64,000 nt of DNA from a virus, in the IMG/VR virus record IMGVR_UViG_3300045988_137804, positions 1 to 64,000 of that record; one strand, written 5' to 3'. The notes under the pieces are model-generated. The model did no database searches and was not told where the DNA came from. It was given only the letters and a program-made list of their open reading frames with translations. The translations under genes were made by a program, and so were the position numbers. The stretch's first letter is position 1. Each line of letters starts with the position of its first letter. Of this stretch, positions 63,457-64,000 are shown in pieces.

Positions 63457-63471
63457 CGATTTTCTCCTTTA

Positions 63472-63837
63472 CTAAAATTCTGTCCATACCATACCTGCAC
63501 CGGAAATCTGTGTAATTACTGGTTCTACAGTAAATGAAGAAGTTCCCTGTTGTACAAGATATGGATAAAACTTACCGTCTGAAGCACTTTTAATTACTAC
63601 TGGTTGTCCGGCATATGTATCTGAGCTTTTATTGACTGTAGTAGTAGCTTCCTCAGTACTATTGAAACAAAGAATACGTGGGCGAATTGCCTGTTTTTCT
63701 TTGTTGTCGGTAATATAGAAAAGCTCTGCTGTATCTTTTGTCAGAACCAAATCTCTTTCATCAATGATTCCATTTTCAATTGCAGTATCAAGATTCGCAA
63801 TATTACCGTAACCAAATTTCATAGATGTGTCTGCCAT
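63472..63837 (-). CDS. hypothetical tail/fibre-associated protein
   Basis: 121 aa. N-terminus FGYGNIANLDTAIENGIIDERDLVLTKDT resembles the N-terminus of the 62518 gene. Confidence 0.45.
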   Translation of the reverse strand: MADTSMKFGYGNIANLDTAIENGIIDERDLVLTKDTAELFYITDNKEKQAIRPRILCFNSTEEATTTVNKSSDTYAGQPVVIKSASDGKFYPYLVQQGTSSFTVEPVITQISGAGMVWTEF

Positions 63838-63858
63838 GATGTACCTCCTTTGAATTTA

Positions 63859-64000
63859 TTAAAATTCGACCACTTCAATTTTGCCTGGATTATCAGTGCC
63901 AGGATCAGGACTTGTTCCTTTTGAAATGTCAATTTTATTTCCAATTGGTGTACCATTTGCAAGTAACTGGAGAATATTATCTCTAAGAGTAATATTGTCA
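63859..64000 (-). CDS. 3' end of a further minus-strand structural gene (partial, continues beyond the window)
   Basis: Open minus-strand frame ending ...EVVEF with the stop at 63859-61. GGAGG for the next gene follows. Confidence 0.35.
   Translation of the reverse strand, partial: DNITLRDNILQLLANGTPIGNKIDISKGTSPDPGTDNPGKIEVVEF

Noticed and set aside
44379-64000. Diversity-generating retroelement acting on the LamG or fibre genes
   Set aside because: - No reverse transcriptase gene lies in the window.
- No template/variable repeat pair with adenine-specific differences is present.
- The shared blocks differ at all base types.

Overview
This window looks like about 64 kb of a large, AT-rich dsDNA phage genome. 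The endolysin carries GW/YY-type cell-wall-binding repeats, which suggests a low-GC Firmicute or Clostridia-type host. There are three blocks.

(1) 1-38855, almost all on the plus strand, is an early, replication and nucleotide-metabolism module. It holds:
- a circularly permuted C5 DNA methyltransferase and a phage sigma factor;
- a flotillin homolog and a cluster of five tRNA or tRNA-like genes;
- an SSB-like protein, DnaB-like helicase, primase, RecJ-like DHH protein, DnaE and a RecD2-like helicase;
- FolD, ThyX, LigA, Gmk, two HAD nucleotidases and Dut;
- NrdD interrupted by a LAGLIDADG intein, and NrdG;
- GIY-YIG and HNH homing endonucleases.

(2) 38856-44360 is a Tn7-like tnsA(short)-tnsB-tnsC-tniQ operon. 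It is preceded by a roughly 650-nt ORF-free leader that is dense in repeats and predicted structure, and runs from a strong promoter to an intrinsic terminator. No cas gene, resolvase or recognisable distal transposon end is present.

(3) 44379-64000, on the minus strand, is a late module. It has an amidase endolysin followed by at least 15 tail-fibre or receptor-binding-type genes. These include two LamG paralogs, mosaic fibre genes and two long homopolymer tracts.

No capsid, terminase or integrase gene lies in the window. The most unusual item is the Tn7-like machinery with its structured RNA leader, sitting at the early/late junction of the phage. Secondary items are the permuted methyltransferase pair with a 55-bp head-to-head inverted repeat, the non-canonical tRNA-like genes, and the candidate phase-variable tracts in the fibre locus. 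All function calls come from motif reading by eye; no database search or folding program was run.
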